DNA of 64,000 nt from Ascoidea asiatica JCM 7603. Lineage: Eukaryota; Fungi; Ascomycota. Positions within the stretch are counted from its first letter, which is position 1. Every line of letters begins with the position of its first letter. Below, one piece after another: positions 34,456 to 46,387 of the stretch. Both the position numbers and the translations under genes were made by a program. The stretch lies in NCBI GenBank assembly GCA_001600695.1, contig BCKQ01000001.1, positions 119,325-183,324 of the forward strand, read 5' to 3'. The notes under the pieces were generated by a model. The model ran no database searches. It was not told the origin of the DNA and was given only the letters and a program-made list of their open reading frames with translations.

Positions 34456-34856
34456 AGGCATTCATTAAGAATTAAATAGGCATTAAATAAGAGTTAATAG
34501 TAACTTACTAATCTCAAATAGAAATAAACAATAAATAACAAACTAATAATAAGTTAATAACAAGTTAATAAGTAGTTAATAAACACAAAAAGTGAAATAA
34601 CCACTGTAGAAATTGACGTGAGAAAGCTTACGTCAGAAATATATTCGATTACGTAATAAATTACATAAAAACAAACGAGACCAGAAAATTGGGTCTTATC
34701 TGTGTTTCACTGCAGCTACATGTATTAAAGCACATACTCTTGCGTTTATCTGCCAATGTTCGAATCACGGCGACGGCACTTTACCCTTTTTTCCTTTTAA
34801 ATTAATTAAATTAATTGTGATTAATTTGTCAAAACTCGGTGGAAAAGTTGTCTTTC

Positions 34857-34958
34857 GTCCCTTGTGGACATTTGGTCAATTTGTTACAAATACAGAGAAG
34901 ATTAGCATGGCCCCTGCATAAGGATGACACGCTTTACAAAGAGATTTTACCTGTTTTT
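34857..34958 (+). ncRNA. SNR6: U6 spliceosomal snRNA
   Basis: 5' stem GTCC-CTTGT-GGAC, ACAGAGA box, AGC triad, ATGGCCCCTGCATAAGGATGAC, ACAAAGAGA and a T-run terminator. Confidence 0.97.
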
Positions 34959-35239
34959 TTTACATTTTTCATTTTGTATTTTATATTGTTCTCTTCTCTG
35001 GTTCTTCAGCTTTCTCTTCATATAAGTTTTGTTGTTTTTTGCGCTTCAAAAAATGGTCATTGAGACGTTTTTATGATCCTCCTTCGTGATTTTAAGTAGT
35101 TTCTCAAATCGTATTGAGTAGAACGGTGGGCTACCTTCCTTCGAATTTACTACTAAATTACTACTATTACAACTGATTTCAAGCAAAAATATTTTGAGCT
35201 AATTATATTTTTGAAATAAATAATTTATATAATTATAAA

Positions 35240-37042
35240 CTAAAGCTTTTTTTTATAAATTGAACTTTTTATACCATCGAAAATAATTGTATTATCTGCT
35301 GGTACATATTGTTTTGTTAAAATTTTCAAAATTTCTTGAGCTCCAACTCCTCCCATAAATGAACTAATATTATGTAATTCACTACAATCACTTCTAATTA
35401 ATTCTTCTAAATATTCATTTAATATTTCATCATTCTTAATTTCATTAATATACATATCTTTTTCTGTATCTTGTTCATCTTCTATTTCTTCATCTTCATC
35501 CTCTTTTACATATTCATATTCATATTCATATTCGTATTCTTTATCATAGAATTCAAAATATTGAATTTTTGAATATAAATCTTCTAATGAAATTTCATAA
35601 TTAATTAATTCGAAATTTTCATTGATATAATTGATATATTTCAAGAAAAGATTTATACTTAAATAAATTTTATTAAATTTAAATGAACTTTCATCATTAT
35701 AATCCATTTTTAAATAATCCTCAAATTTATTTTTTTTGAAATTAAAATAACTTTCATTTTCTTGAACTAATAAATATTTACAATTCTTACAAAATTTTTC
35801 AACTAATTCTTCATCAATTTTTATATTAATATTTTCATAAAGTTTCTCATTAATCTCTTCAATTACTGAATTTAATTCAATTTTAAAATTATTTTTATCA
35901 ATTTCTGATTTATTTAAATAAATTTGTTGTAATTCAATATAATTTTTTGAATCTGATTCCATATCTGGTATAACCCCTGATAATGGTAATAAATTATTAT
36001 ATTTATTTAAATAATTTTTTAAACTTTTAACTAAAATCCAAAATTCTTTATTTTCATTATCATTTAATAATAATAAATTAATTCTTTCACTTTTTTTAAA
36101 AATTATATCATTTAATTCATTAGATATTTTATTATCATTTGAAATTTGATAACAATTTAAAATTGCTTCTTCATAATTTTCTAAATTAACTTCATTATTT
36201 TTTTCTTTAATTAAAAATTCTTTAAATTCTTTTCTTTCTTTAAATGTTAATATATAATCTTCATTTTTTATATTTTTTTTAATTTTAAATAATTTTAAAT
36301 AATAAATTAATAATAAAACATATGGTATATTAGATTTTTCCATTGAATTAAATTTTTTTAAATTTTCTTTTAAATTAATTTTATTAGAATAATCTTTTAA
36401 TTCTTTAAATGGTTTATTAATTCTTAAATCAATTAATGATTGAGTTGTATGAGTTTCAATAATACAATGTTCTTTAAAATAATTTTTATAAATTCCAAAA
36501 AATCCAATTGAATAAATTTCAATTAATGGTTTATTAATTAAAAATAATTTTTTTTTTAATAAATTTATTAAATTTTCATTATATGAATTATTTAAAATAT
36601 TTTTACCACCATTTGAATAAATTATTATATCAAATTTTTTAAATATTGACATTTCATTATTATTATTATTATTATCTTCTTTTAAAATTTCTTCTAAAGA
36701 TTTATTAATTATTTTACCATTAACAGATTCATTTAATTCAAGTAAATTATTTAAAATATTATGATTATAATCATGATTATTTTGATTACCATTACCATTA
36801 CCATCAATCTCAGGTTCTGTTAAAAAGAAATTATTTGAATAATCATCTTGATTTATTATATTATAATTATTTATGATTGTGAAATTTCCAATTCCTGGTA
36901 AGATTAAATTTTTTAAAATTTCACAAGTTAATACATTTAAATTTATAAAACATAAATTGGAATTCTGTAAATTTCTTTGACCTGTTGATTCCCAAAGACG
37001 TAATTGTCTATCATATTTAGCTTCATCAATTACTTCATTCAT
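35240..37042 (-). CDS. ULA1: NEDD8/Rub1-activating enzyme regulatory subunit (APP-BP1)
   Basis: KYDRQLRLW, EILKNLILPGIG, LPLSGVIPDMESDS and ELHNISSFMGGVGAQEILK. First ATG at 37042 (the ORF track starts at an upstream TTG). Confidence 0.93.
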   Translation of the reverse strand: MNEVIDEAKYDRQLRLWESTGQRNLQNSNLCFINLNVLTCEILKNLILPGIGNFTIINNYNIINQDDYSNNFFLTEPEIDGNGNGNQNNHDYNHNILNNLLELNESVNGKIINKSLEEILKEDNNNNNNEMSIFKKFDIIIYSNGGKNILNNSYNENLINLLKKKLFLINKPLIEIYSIGFFGIYKNYFKEHCIIETHTTQSLIDLRINKPFKELKDYSNKINLKENLKKFNSMEKSNIPYVLLLIYYLKLFKIKKNIKNEDYILTFKERKEFKEFLIKEKNNEVNLENYEEAILNCYQISNDNKISNELNDIIFKKSERINLLLLNDNENKEFWILVKSLKNYLNKYNNLLPLSGVIPDMESDSKNYIELQQIYLNKSEIDKNNFKIELNSVIEEINEKLYENINIKIDEELVEKFCKNCKYLLVQENESYFNFKKNKFEDYLKMDYNDESSFKFNKIYLSINLFLKYINYINENFELINYEISLEDLYSKIQYFEFYDKEYEYEYEYEYVKEDEDEEIEDEQDTEKDMYINEIKNDEILNEYLEELIRSDCSELHNISSFMGGVGAQEILKILTKQYVPADNTIIFDGIKSSIYKKKL

Positions 37043-37518
37043 ATCAAATTCTTTAGATATATTCAATATATTAATCTCAGTTTATATTGATGTTAATATA
37101 TTTTAGTTATTTATTTATTTACTTATCAATAAATTACTAATTATTTTAGGTTAACTCATTCCTATTACAGGATCTCATTACTAAAAACGAAATTCAGTAG
37201 AAACCGGTACAAAGGTGCCAATAAACAATAACACTCCTTCAGCGCAGAACCAGCAGTAGGGATTGCGTTTGAATAGACCCCGAAAGTTCGTCGTTGTTTT
37301 TTTTCGGGTATCCAATTCGTATGTATGTGAATGCGGGTTAAAAGTAAGGTGCATAGAATAGGATTTAGTTTTTCCGAAATTAAGTTTAATAAAAAATATT
37401 TTTAATTTAAGAATTTATTTTTTTGTGGAGATAAAAGGAGATAAATACAAAATTAATTGTGAAAAGAAGAATGAGTAGAAATAATTATATACTTGTATAT
37501 ATAATTTAGTGAAGTTAA

Positions 37519-38583
37519 TTAAAAGCTTAATGGTTTTTTAACTTCATAAGTTTCTTCAAGATATTTAACTTCATCATCAGATAATTTTAAATTAGCACCA
37601 ATCATAAGATCTTCAACTCTTTTTTCAGAACTTAAACCAACAATTGGAGCAAAATCTTTTGCAATACACCAAGCAACAGAAATTGAAGCCATTGAAACTT
37701 TTCTTTTTAAAGCTAATTTTTCAACTCTTTTAATAATTTCAATATCACCACTTTTCATATCACCTAAAAAATATTTCATAATTTGAGCTTCTGATTTTTC
37801 TCTAACAGTTTTAGATTTTGTTGAATTTGAATCATTTGGAGTAACATAAGGTCTTGTTAACATACCTCTTGCATTTGGAGACCATGGAATAATACCAACA
37901 CCATTATTTTGACAGTATGGAATTAATTCTCTTTCATCTTCACGATATAATAAATTTGCATAATTTTGCATTGAAATAAATTTATGCCAATTATTTTTTT
38001 CAGCAATATTTTGTAAACCAATAAATTCATAAGCATGCATTGAAGAAGCACCAATATATCTTGTATAACCTTTTTCAATAATATCATTTAAAGATCTCAT
38101 AATTTCTTCATCAGGAGTTTCTGGATCATATCTATGAATTTGATAAAGATCAATATAAGTACCTAATCTTTTCATTGAATCTTGAATAGCATCAAAAATA
38201 TGTTTTCTTGATAAACCAGATCTATTATTTGAAATCATTTGAGGATAAAAATGAGCATTTAAATAATTACAAGACATATCATCTTCTAAAGTTAAAAGAA
38301 AAACTTTTGTTAAAATTACAACAGTTTCTCTTTTAATATTATATTTTTTTAAAAATTTACCTAAAATTTCTTCAGATTTACCATTTGAATAACAATCAGC
38401 AGTATCATAAGTTCTAATACCATTATCATAACATTTTTTTAAAATTTTAAAAATTTTTTCTTCATCATCTTCAACCCAATCAAACCATTCTTTTGAGCCA
38501 AAACCCATACAACCTACAATAACATTTGAAATTTTTAAACCTGAGTTACCTAAGTTTTTATATGGAACTGAATTTAAAGACAT
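37519..38583 (-). CDS. Aldo-keto reductase, aryl-alcohol dehydrogenase-like (Csh1/YPL088W family)
   Basis: LGNSGLKIS, DTADCYSNG (catalytic Asp/Tyr), GLSRKHI, IDLYQIHRYD, RYIGASS and IPWSP. Confidence 0.93.
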   Translation of the reverse strand: MSLNSVPYKNLGNSGLKISNVIVGCMGFGSKEWFDWVEDDEEKIFKILKKCYDNGIRTYDTADCYSNGKSEEILGKFLKKYNIKRETVVILTKVFLLTLEDDMSCNYLNAHFYPQMISNNRSGLSRKHIFDAIQDSMKRLGTYIDLYQIHRYDPETPDEEIMRSLNDIIEKGYTRYIGASSMHAYEFIGLQNIAEKNNWHKFISMQNYANLLYREDERELIPYCQNNGVGIIPWSPNARGMLTRPYVTPNDSNSTKSKTVREKSEAQIMKYFLGDMKSGDIEIIKRVEKLALKRKVSMASISVAWCIAKDFAPIVGLSSEKRVEDLMIGANLKLSDDEVKYLEETYEVKKPLSF

Positions 38584-39551
38584 TTTTTTTTTTTTTTGTT
38601 TTTAGAAAAGTAATTGAGTTTTAATTAAAAATACTTGAGATTAATAAGATATATAAATATTTTATAATAGACAATCGAATTAAATTAATTTGAATTGAAT
38701 TGAATTGAATTGAGTGTGTTAATGAGCAGAAAAAATAAAAATTGAAATCTGAAAAATTAAAGGATTCTACCTCAATTTATAATGTATTTTTAATCAAGTA
38801 ATTTGAATTTCAATCAGCATTACATCAATGGAAATATTCTAATAGAAAATAAGCAATTGCTTCTCATTCAGTAGTCTTTCAAGTTTAAACAAGCTTTAAG
38901 GATTTAATAATAATAGACTTACAATTACTTAGGCTCTTATTGTCACTAACAAAGAATTACTTGGGTTTAACGGGTTTAAAGAAATCAGCATTTACTTCAG
39001 TATCAATAATAGTGGTAGTACTTGTGCAGTACCGCGGTGTGAATGGAGTTAAGCAAAGCCATAGAAGAAAACAGTTGAGGATCACGGGCCGGTGAGCTCC
39101 GTTAAATGAAAAATGAAACAGAATCGGAGACTGCGCACGGGAAACGGGGCATTTTTAGCCGTTCTGATTGAGAAATAAAAAAAAATGCGGGAGCGCGGGT
39201 AATAATTACCCGCAGATGGAGTTACCGGAGATCGAGCATTTCAATACCCGGCGTATTTCCGATAGCCGAGACTGTCTTTTCTGGCTTTAAGAAATAAAAC
39301 ACTTTTTTATATCCATTTGTATTTGCAATTGATTTTGCATTCTCGAAATATACAAGATATTGAAAAAGTTAGATTTACTGTTCTCTTTCTTTGTTTGTCT
39401 TTCATTAAGTTTTTCTTTTTTATTTGTTATTGATCAATTTATTCAAAAGAAAACTACAATGGAAAAGTTTTTAAAAAAGAATTATATATTAATTTATATT
39501 GAAATTAAATTATATACTTTAGTAAGAAGAATTAAAAATTGTTCATTTCAC

Positions 39552-40055
39552 TTAAAGAACTCTATATTCAGTAGCAATTTTTAATTTTAAAGCTTCACAA
39601 TCATCAGAAGCTTTATTTAAAAGAATTGCATAACTTGAATTAGAATAACTATATGGATCACCAATACTTTTACAAGCATAATAAGTTTCTGAAGTTCCAT
39701 TTCTTAATAAATATCCATCATTATCAAAAGACCAAGAATCATAAGATTCCATTGCACTTAATTGTAAAAGTGGTTGAGCAGTGAAATCTGTAAATGATAC
39801 AAATGCTGGTAATTTAGCTCCATAAATATCTGTAGTTGATAATGATCCATCTTCATCATCATAATCTAAAGTTTGACTAGAATTTGTTGTTTGAATAAAA
39901 AAATAATTAATTCCAGCACCTTCATGACTTGCTTGAATTCCGAATGTATTAATATCAGAATAATCAGATGCATCAACACCAAGAGTGATATATGATGTGG
40001 TGGCATAAGCTGATGAAATTGCAGTAGCTAAAATAGTTAATAATTGAGAATACAT
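39552..40055 (-). CDS. Secreted cell-wall protein, Pga29/Rhd3/Pga31-like, without a GPI tail
   Basis: Signal peptide; SHEGAGINYFF, WSFDNDGYL, YACKSIGDPYSYS and a terminal C..LKL. Confidence 0.8.
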   Translation of the reverse strand: MYSQLLTILATAISSAYATTSYITLGVDASDYSDINTFGIQASHEGAGINYFFIQTTNSSQTLDYDDEDGSLSTTDIYGAKLPAFVSFTDFTAQPLLQLSAMESYDSWSFDNDGYLLRNGTSETYYACKSIGDPYSYSNSSYAILLNKASDDCEALKLKIATEYRVL

Positions 40056-41028
40056 TTTTAAAAAGAACTTGAAATAATAAATTGATTAATAAATTGATTG
40101 ACTAATTGATTGATTGATTGATTGATTGACAGGTTGATTAAGCTGAAAATTAATTGATGATGGTTATTACTCTTTCATTCATTCATTTTAAAAGACATTT
40201 CCTCCAATATTTATATTAATTCCAATTTTATTTTTTCTTCAATTCCTTTTCTTCTTCTTCTGTTTTAAATTTTTTAAAAATAGATCATTTTTTCAAAATT
40301 CTCACTTCTTTTAATAACAATAACCGTAATAGTCTCTCAATATCATATCCATTTATTTCTTTTTCTTCTTCACTTTCTTATTTTTCTTTTAATTTCTTTA
40401 ATTATTTTCCAATAAACTCAATCTTATTCCAAAATACTGTAATTTTTAAAATACTTTTGTTTCAAAATAATATTTATTTCATTAAGTTGTGTTTCCGGGG
40501 AAATAAATATTTCAATGTCTTTTAAATTCTTTTATTTCTTTTATTTCTTCTACTTTCTAAACTTTATAACTTTTATAACTTTTGTAACCTTAATGATTCT
40601 TAGTAACCATTTTTATAATAGGGTAATTATAAAACTGTGAATACAGAATATATTCAAATTTATAAATAAAATTAAAAATTACGAATACCTCAGTATATTT
40701 AAATATCTAAGCCTTAAGGCTATGTTCGAAAAGCATTAATACGCTAAAAAAAACGGTATGCGTACCAGTTCTGAAATATATCATTAGTTTTACTCAGAAT
40801 AATAATAATCTTAGTAAAAAAATAAGTTAACAGTTAATATTACAAAAGAATAATACATAATCCAAAGTACCACTGGTGATGTACTGAAAATTACTTACAA
40901 TTTGAAAATAAAGGATGTCATTAAGAAGAAAATAATAATGGATACGTAATAATATGTAATGATGATTTTAAAAAATAAAAATATATAGAATTGAAAAGGA
41001 AAAAAAAGGAGAAAGAATAAATTCAAAA

Positions 41029-43481
41029 TCAAGCTTTTAAAGTAATTGTTTGTCCTTTTACTCTACCAATACAAGTATCTGCAGCATATTTAGATATAAC
41101 ATCATCATCATGTAACATTTCAAAAGCTTCACTTGCATCTTTTCCAGCAAAATTTACTAAAGATTGTTTTCCACCAGGATGTTCATCAAAAAAATTAGTT
41201 ACATCCAATACAACACCTTTTACAGCAATCCAACAATCTTTATCAGTTTTATGTTTAGATATTTCTTCCATTGAATATTCTTTTGTTGGTATTGAAAATT
41301 TTTTAACTACTTTTTTAACAGGAGCTGCTTTTTTATTCGTTTTTTTATTGGATTTTTTATTAGATTTCTTACTCTTCAATAATGGCTTTGATTTTAAAGA
41401 TGATTGTTGTTTTGAAGAAGAATTTTGTATATTATCATTGAAACTTATAACAATATCATTTGGTTGTTCTGGATCTAAATGTAATCTAATTTGATTTAAT
41501 CTAGATATAGCAATTTTCTGTGGTACTTGATCTGTTGTTGATGAAGAGTATGATGAAAAGGAATCTTTATTTGATAAAGTTTGTAATAGATAATTAGTAG
41601 CAGAATCTGCAGCAACTCTACCAAAACATACACAAGCTAAAAGAGAAGAACCACCTAATCTATTTTCACCATGAATATTACCAGCTAATTCTCCTGCGGC
41701 ATATAAACCTAAAATTGGTTCAAATTTATTATTTTTATCACTTGAGTTATCATTGGTTGATAAAACTCTTGCATTTGGATCAATTTTAACACCACCCATT
41801 GTAAAATGAACAACTCTTGTAATTAAAGAAACATAAAATTCATCATTTAAATTAAATGGAGTTGATGGAAATATTTTTTTATTAAAAGGATCAATAGTTT
41901 TACCAGGATTTTTCAAAGTATAATCACTATAATTATTATAATTATTAAACTCTTTTTCTAAAGATTCTTTTGAAACACCCATTTCTTTTAATAAATCATT
42001 ACCATTTAATTTTTTCATTAAACCTCTTGATTTATAATGAGAAACATGAAATGGTAAATTTTTTGCAGCTTTTGAATTTAAAATTAATCTTATTGGTTTT
42101 GAAACTTTAGTCATTTCATTTGAAACATAATCTCTTGTACCTAATTCATCACAAAATCTTTTACCTTTTGAATCTACCATTATTGCACCTTCACCTCTTA
42201 AAGCTTCACCAGCTAAAAATTTAAATTTTGAATCTGGATCAATTGGATTTACTAAACCAGTTGGATGAATTTGAACTTTATCTAAATCAATACCAATACC
42301 ACCAGAATTTATAACTAATTTTTGACCATCACCAGTTGCATGATTACCATTAGTTGTTGGTAAATCCATTACATCAGGTCTATATTTATTTAATAAAGAA
42401 TTTTTTTTATCATTAAAATCAGCGGCATAACCACCAGTTGCTAAAATTACTGGACCAAAAATTTTAAATAATTTATTATCTTTTTTAAATATTAAACCAT
42501 TAATAATTTTATTATTATTATTAGATTTAATTAAATTTATAACTTTTGATTTTTTTAAAATTAAAACTTTTGAAGGATTTTTTTCAAAAATTTCTTCAAT
42601 TTTAGTCATTAAAGAATATGTTATTGCCATTCCAGGAAATTTTGAATCTTTACCTCTATGAGTTCTTGGATTTGAATGACCACCTAATATAGAAATTAAA
42701 GAAAGATCTAAATTAAAATAATCTTTTAACCATTGAATTGAAGAAGAAGAATTATGAGTTAAAACTTTAACTAAATTTGGATCAGCTTTACCTTTTGCAG
42801 ATAATAAAGTATCATTTTCAAAAGATTTAATAGAATCTTTAATTTTTAAATCAATTTGAGTTGAAGTTAAAGCACCATTAATACCAGAAGTTGCTTTAGT
42901 TGAATTACCACCAAAAAAAGCTTGTTTATCTAATAAAACAATATTTGAACCATTAATTAAACATTGATGAGCAGCAGATAAACCAGCTAAACCTCCACCT
43001 ACAATAATAATCTAATAAATTAATAAATAAGTAAATAAATAAATAAATATTGTTAGTAAATTTAAACTTTTATTAAATTAAATTGAGACTGGAGAATATG
43101 ATTTTAAAATTTAATGGACAAGTGTGAGTTTTGATTGAAATTGTGATAAGAATTGTGATAAGAATGGTGATAAGGATAATAAGATCTGATTAAGAGAATA
43201 AAAAGTAAGAATAAGAATAAGAGAATAGTGACTAATAATTAATAGTTAACTGTCAATGTAGAATAAGAGAATAAGAGAATATGTAAACTCAGGGTTCATT
43301 AGAAACAAATTTCTATTGAGATTGTCACTCGTATAAATAAATAAAGATAAATCAATATACTATTTTGTATATTATTTGTATATCATAATGAATATAATGA
43401 ATATAATTTGAATTGAATTGAGATAAATTGAATACATACTGGATTCTTTGGTACATTTTCTAATTGATGATATTCAGTCAT
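41029..43481 (-). CDS. Soluble fumarate reductase (Osm1/Frd1-like flavocytochrome) with C-terminal cytochrome b5 domain; exons 43440-43481 and 41029-43011
   Basis: Intron 43012-43439 (GTATGT, TACTAAC at 43052-43058, TAG) restores MTEYHQLENVPKNP-IIIVGGGLAGL (FAD-binding) and GGNSTKATSGIN. Also GGHS, EALRG, HFTMGG, HGENRLGGSSL and the b5 motif EHPGG...H. Confidence 0.93.
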
Positions 43482-44480
43482 TTTTTATTGACTTGTTATT
43501 TGATTTTTATTAAATGAAATTTAATGAAAATTTAATTATAATTTAGTAAAATCAATTGAAGTTTAATAAAATTTAAAGAAATTAATAAAAAGTGGAAATT
43601 AAGATTGTTTTATAAGTTTTATAAATTTTATAAAATTTATAATTAAATATTTTAAGTTTTCAAAATCTGGAGATGTCACTCAATTGAAATAAATTGAATA
43701 AGTGGCTAATATTTCTTTATTTATTTGATTAAATAATTATTTGAATGGTGGATACCCAGTGGTCAAATTGTATGAAATTGAATGAAATTGAATAGAATTG
43801 AATTGAAATTGAAAGTAATTGAGAAATAATTAATATTTTTAAATTATGAATATACAGTTAAATAAATTAATCAAATATGTTAAAGGTGGTTTTTATTTGA
43901 ATAAAGAATATTTATTATTTAATATTATCTCTTATAAACTGAGGCCGTCAGCAGTTCTTTCCCCGGTGTGATTGGCTTGGAGCAGGGAATTGGAAGGTTA
44001 ATTCTGGATCATGGAGAAATTTAAAACTGGCGGACTATTTTGTGACCAACTCATGGCAGGGGAATCGATCCGAGAACAGGCAGAAAGATCGAGCCGAGGA
44101 GGACGGAAGGAACCAGACAATAAGACCCACAGCACTGGCAACGGAGTTAAGGCACACGCAGGTGGAAACAGGTATTCAAATTGCGGAGGGACGGTACATA
44201 CTTCTAAAAGCATGATTTAACATGGACTTGAAAGAATAAACGGTAAAACTCGGATACGAGGAGAGCCACATAATTGGCGACAAAGATATTAGTATTTTTG
44301 TGACCAGGTTTGTGGATGGCATATTAACTTTAATGTTTTTATGTTTTTGTGTTTTTGTTGTCAAAAGAAATAAAAAACATTATTTATTGAAAAGATTAAA
44401 GGAAATAAAAAAATAAAGAGAAAAAAATTTCAAAGAAGAGAAGCACAAAATGGAAGCCAGACAAGGAAAGTGAAACACTA

Positions 44481-45047
44481 TCAGCTGAGCAAGGTCCCAA
44501 TAATGCCTGCAACACTGGCCACTGCTGTGGCTACCAGGCCAATCTGAGGTTGTCCAGCGAGAGTTGAGATTCCTGCCACTGCTGCTGCCACTGTCGAAAC
44601 AACTTCTGCTGCCTCTGCTGCATCTGCCACTGCTGTTGGAAGAGAGAAGTTTCCCAAGTTGATATTCAAGTCTGTGGCAATGTCTCCGAGTCCATCTGCT
44701 ATCTCACTTCCAAATCCTGCTGCTTTATAGACATCCCCTGCTGTTGTAGTGGTAGTAATGAGAGTGGTTGGCATTATTGCAGCGACTTTCGTGGCAGCAG
44801 TAACTGTAGGAGTGGTGGCTGTAGAAATGTCATTTTGATGGATAAATGATTGTTGACTAGCAGCTGCCTCGAAAATTGCACTGACAATAGTATCAATAAG
44901 AGCATTACTGCTATTCGAAGCACCAGCAATATCATTGAAATAAGAAACATCCACTGTATTATTACCAAGAGGAAGATCTGAAATAACTGCTCCTTTGGAG
45001 ACTGATAAGACTAAAGCTAATGAAGAGAAAATAAATTTGAATTGCAT
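44481..45047 (-). CDS. Orphan secreted Ala/Thr-rich protein with a C-terminal hydrophobic hairpin
   Basis: Signal peptide MQFKFIFSSLALVLSVSKG, N-glycosylation sequons, TATA-like element about 100 bp upstream. Much higher GC than neighbouring genes. Confidence 0.75.
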   Translation of the reverse strand: MQFKFIFSSLALVLSVSKGAVISDLPLGNNTVDVSYFNDIAGASNSSNALIDTIVSAIFEAAASQQSFIHQNDISTATTPTVTAATKVAAIMPTTLITTTTTAGDVYKAAGFGSEIADGLGDIATDLNINLGNFSLPTAVADAAEAAEVVSTVAAAVAGISTLAGQPQIGLVATAVASVAGIIGTLLS

Positions 45048-45405
45048 CTTGAAAGTTTTTACTATTTAATTGTTATACTATTATTGAAAGAAATAACCAG
45101 CAGTTCTTATTTCATATTTCATGGAAATTCCACCTTCCTTTTATATCATTATTTCACCATCAAAAACAGTTCCAATTAACATCTGATTTAATAACGTCCT
45201 ATACTTTTGGATCAATTACTTTCATGTTATTCCATTTACAATATCTTATTAAAATTCACACAAACCTAAAGATTCAAAAGAAATGAACAAAAATGGCTGA
45301 ATGTCTTCTGATTTGTTCAAAATTACTTTTTTTCCTCCGTTATTTATCTTAATCTTAACCTTAATATTATAATAATGATTCTATTTCCATTTCTTTTTCT
45401 ATTTA

Positions 45406-45700
45406 CATTTCTTTTTATTTAGATTATTAAATAAAGATACAAGATTCGATCAATAAAAGTTTATAATATAATCAACGTGTTTGATTATGGAAAATACTCT
45501 GACTTGAGTTATTTTTTTTTTCCCCACAAGCTTTTCAATTCAATTCCAAATTTAGACTACAAATTTTCTAAAAGAGTTTTTGGTAATGAAATCTACAAAA
45601 ATTTAGTTTTTTTTTTAACAAATATTATTTTTTTTCAATTACATTAAGGCATATCTATGTAAAAGTTCTTATTATTATAATATTTTGTTAAATATTTTTA
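45406..45700 (+). repeat. Left copy of an inverted repeat; partner at 63707-64000
   Basis: Reverse complement of the window end. The first 168 nt are identical and I count about 7 differences over ~295 nt. Confidence 0.95.
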
Positions 45701-45871
45701 TATTTTAATTTGATTGTATTCTCAGAAAATGGAAAAACATCATTAATTCTGGAATTATTATTTTTTAATCATTAATTAATCCGGAATTCATTAACAAAGT
45801 TAAGATAAGATAAGATAAAATAAGATAAGAAAAGAAAAGAAAAGCAAATTGAATTGGATGTATTTTATGAT

Positions 45872-46387
45872 TCACATAGTATAAATATGATTACGATGAT
45901 CAATTTTATGTCTCTTAAATTTTTTATTAGACAGAATGAAATTTTTTTCATTTTCATTTAATTCAATATGTTCTAAAGCATCTGGAATAATAAGTCTGAA
46001 ATTAAAATAAATTGGTTTTGAATTATTATCATCAGAAATTTCATCATTAGTAATTTCATAATCAGTATTTCTTGTAAAAAATTTAACATAAGCTTGTGGT
46101 AATAAAGCATATTCTTTACCACCATAAATTTCAACAAAAATTTTATTTTTAAATTTTTTTAATTTAAATAAATTATAATCATTATTTTTAGAATTTTTAC
46201 CTGGAAATTTATTTGAAAAAATAAAATTTTTCAAAAATTCATTTTCTTCAATTTTTTCTCTTTTAATTTTTAATTCAATTAATTTCTCTTTCTTTGATTT
46301 TTTAATTTTTCTATCTCCACCTTTTTTTGGTAATTTTTGTTCCTTGATTTTTTTATCAATAGATTTATATTGATTTTGAAACCTCAT
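45872..46387 (-). CDS. Hypothetical Lys-rich protein; the 5' structure may be spliced
   Basis: 171-aa ORF with host codon usage and an upstream AACTAAC branch-like motif. No recognisable domain. Confidence 0.5.
   Translation of the reverse strand: MRFQNQYKSIDKKIKEQKLPKKGGDRKIKKSKKEKLIELKIKREKIEENEFLKNFIFSNKFPGKNSKNNDYNLFKLKKFKNKIFVEIYGGKEYALLPQAYVKFFTRNTDYEITNDEISDDNNSKPIYFNFRLIIPDALEHIELNENEKNFILSNKKFKRHKIDHRNHIYTM

Noticed and set aside
41029-43481. Flavocytochrome considered as an electron donor for the LPMOs
   Set aside because: It has no signal peptide and is an intracellular Osm1-like fumarate reductase with a b5 domain, a known fungal architecture, not a cellobiose dehydrogenase.
43998-44364. 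Short GC-rich ORFs upstream of the fumarate reductase, and similar ones at 22763, 28906-29355 and 53019
   Set aside because: They coincide with GC-rich promoter islands, where stop codons are rarer, and show no protein-like features or host codon usage.
45872-46387. ORF beside the inverted repeat considered as a MAT gene (HMG, alpha1 or homeodomain)
   Set aside because: No HMG Trp residues, no alpha-box and no WFxNxR motif, so the repeat-bounded segment is not evidently a mating-type switch.
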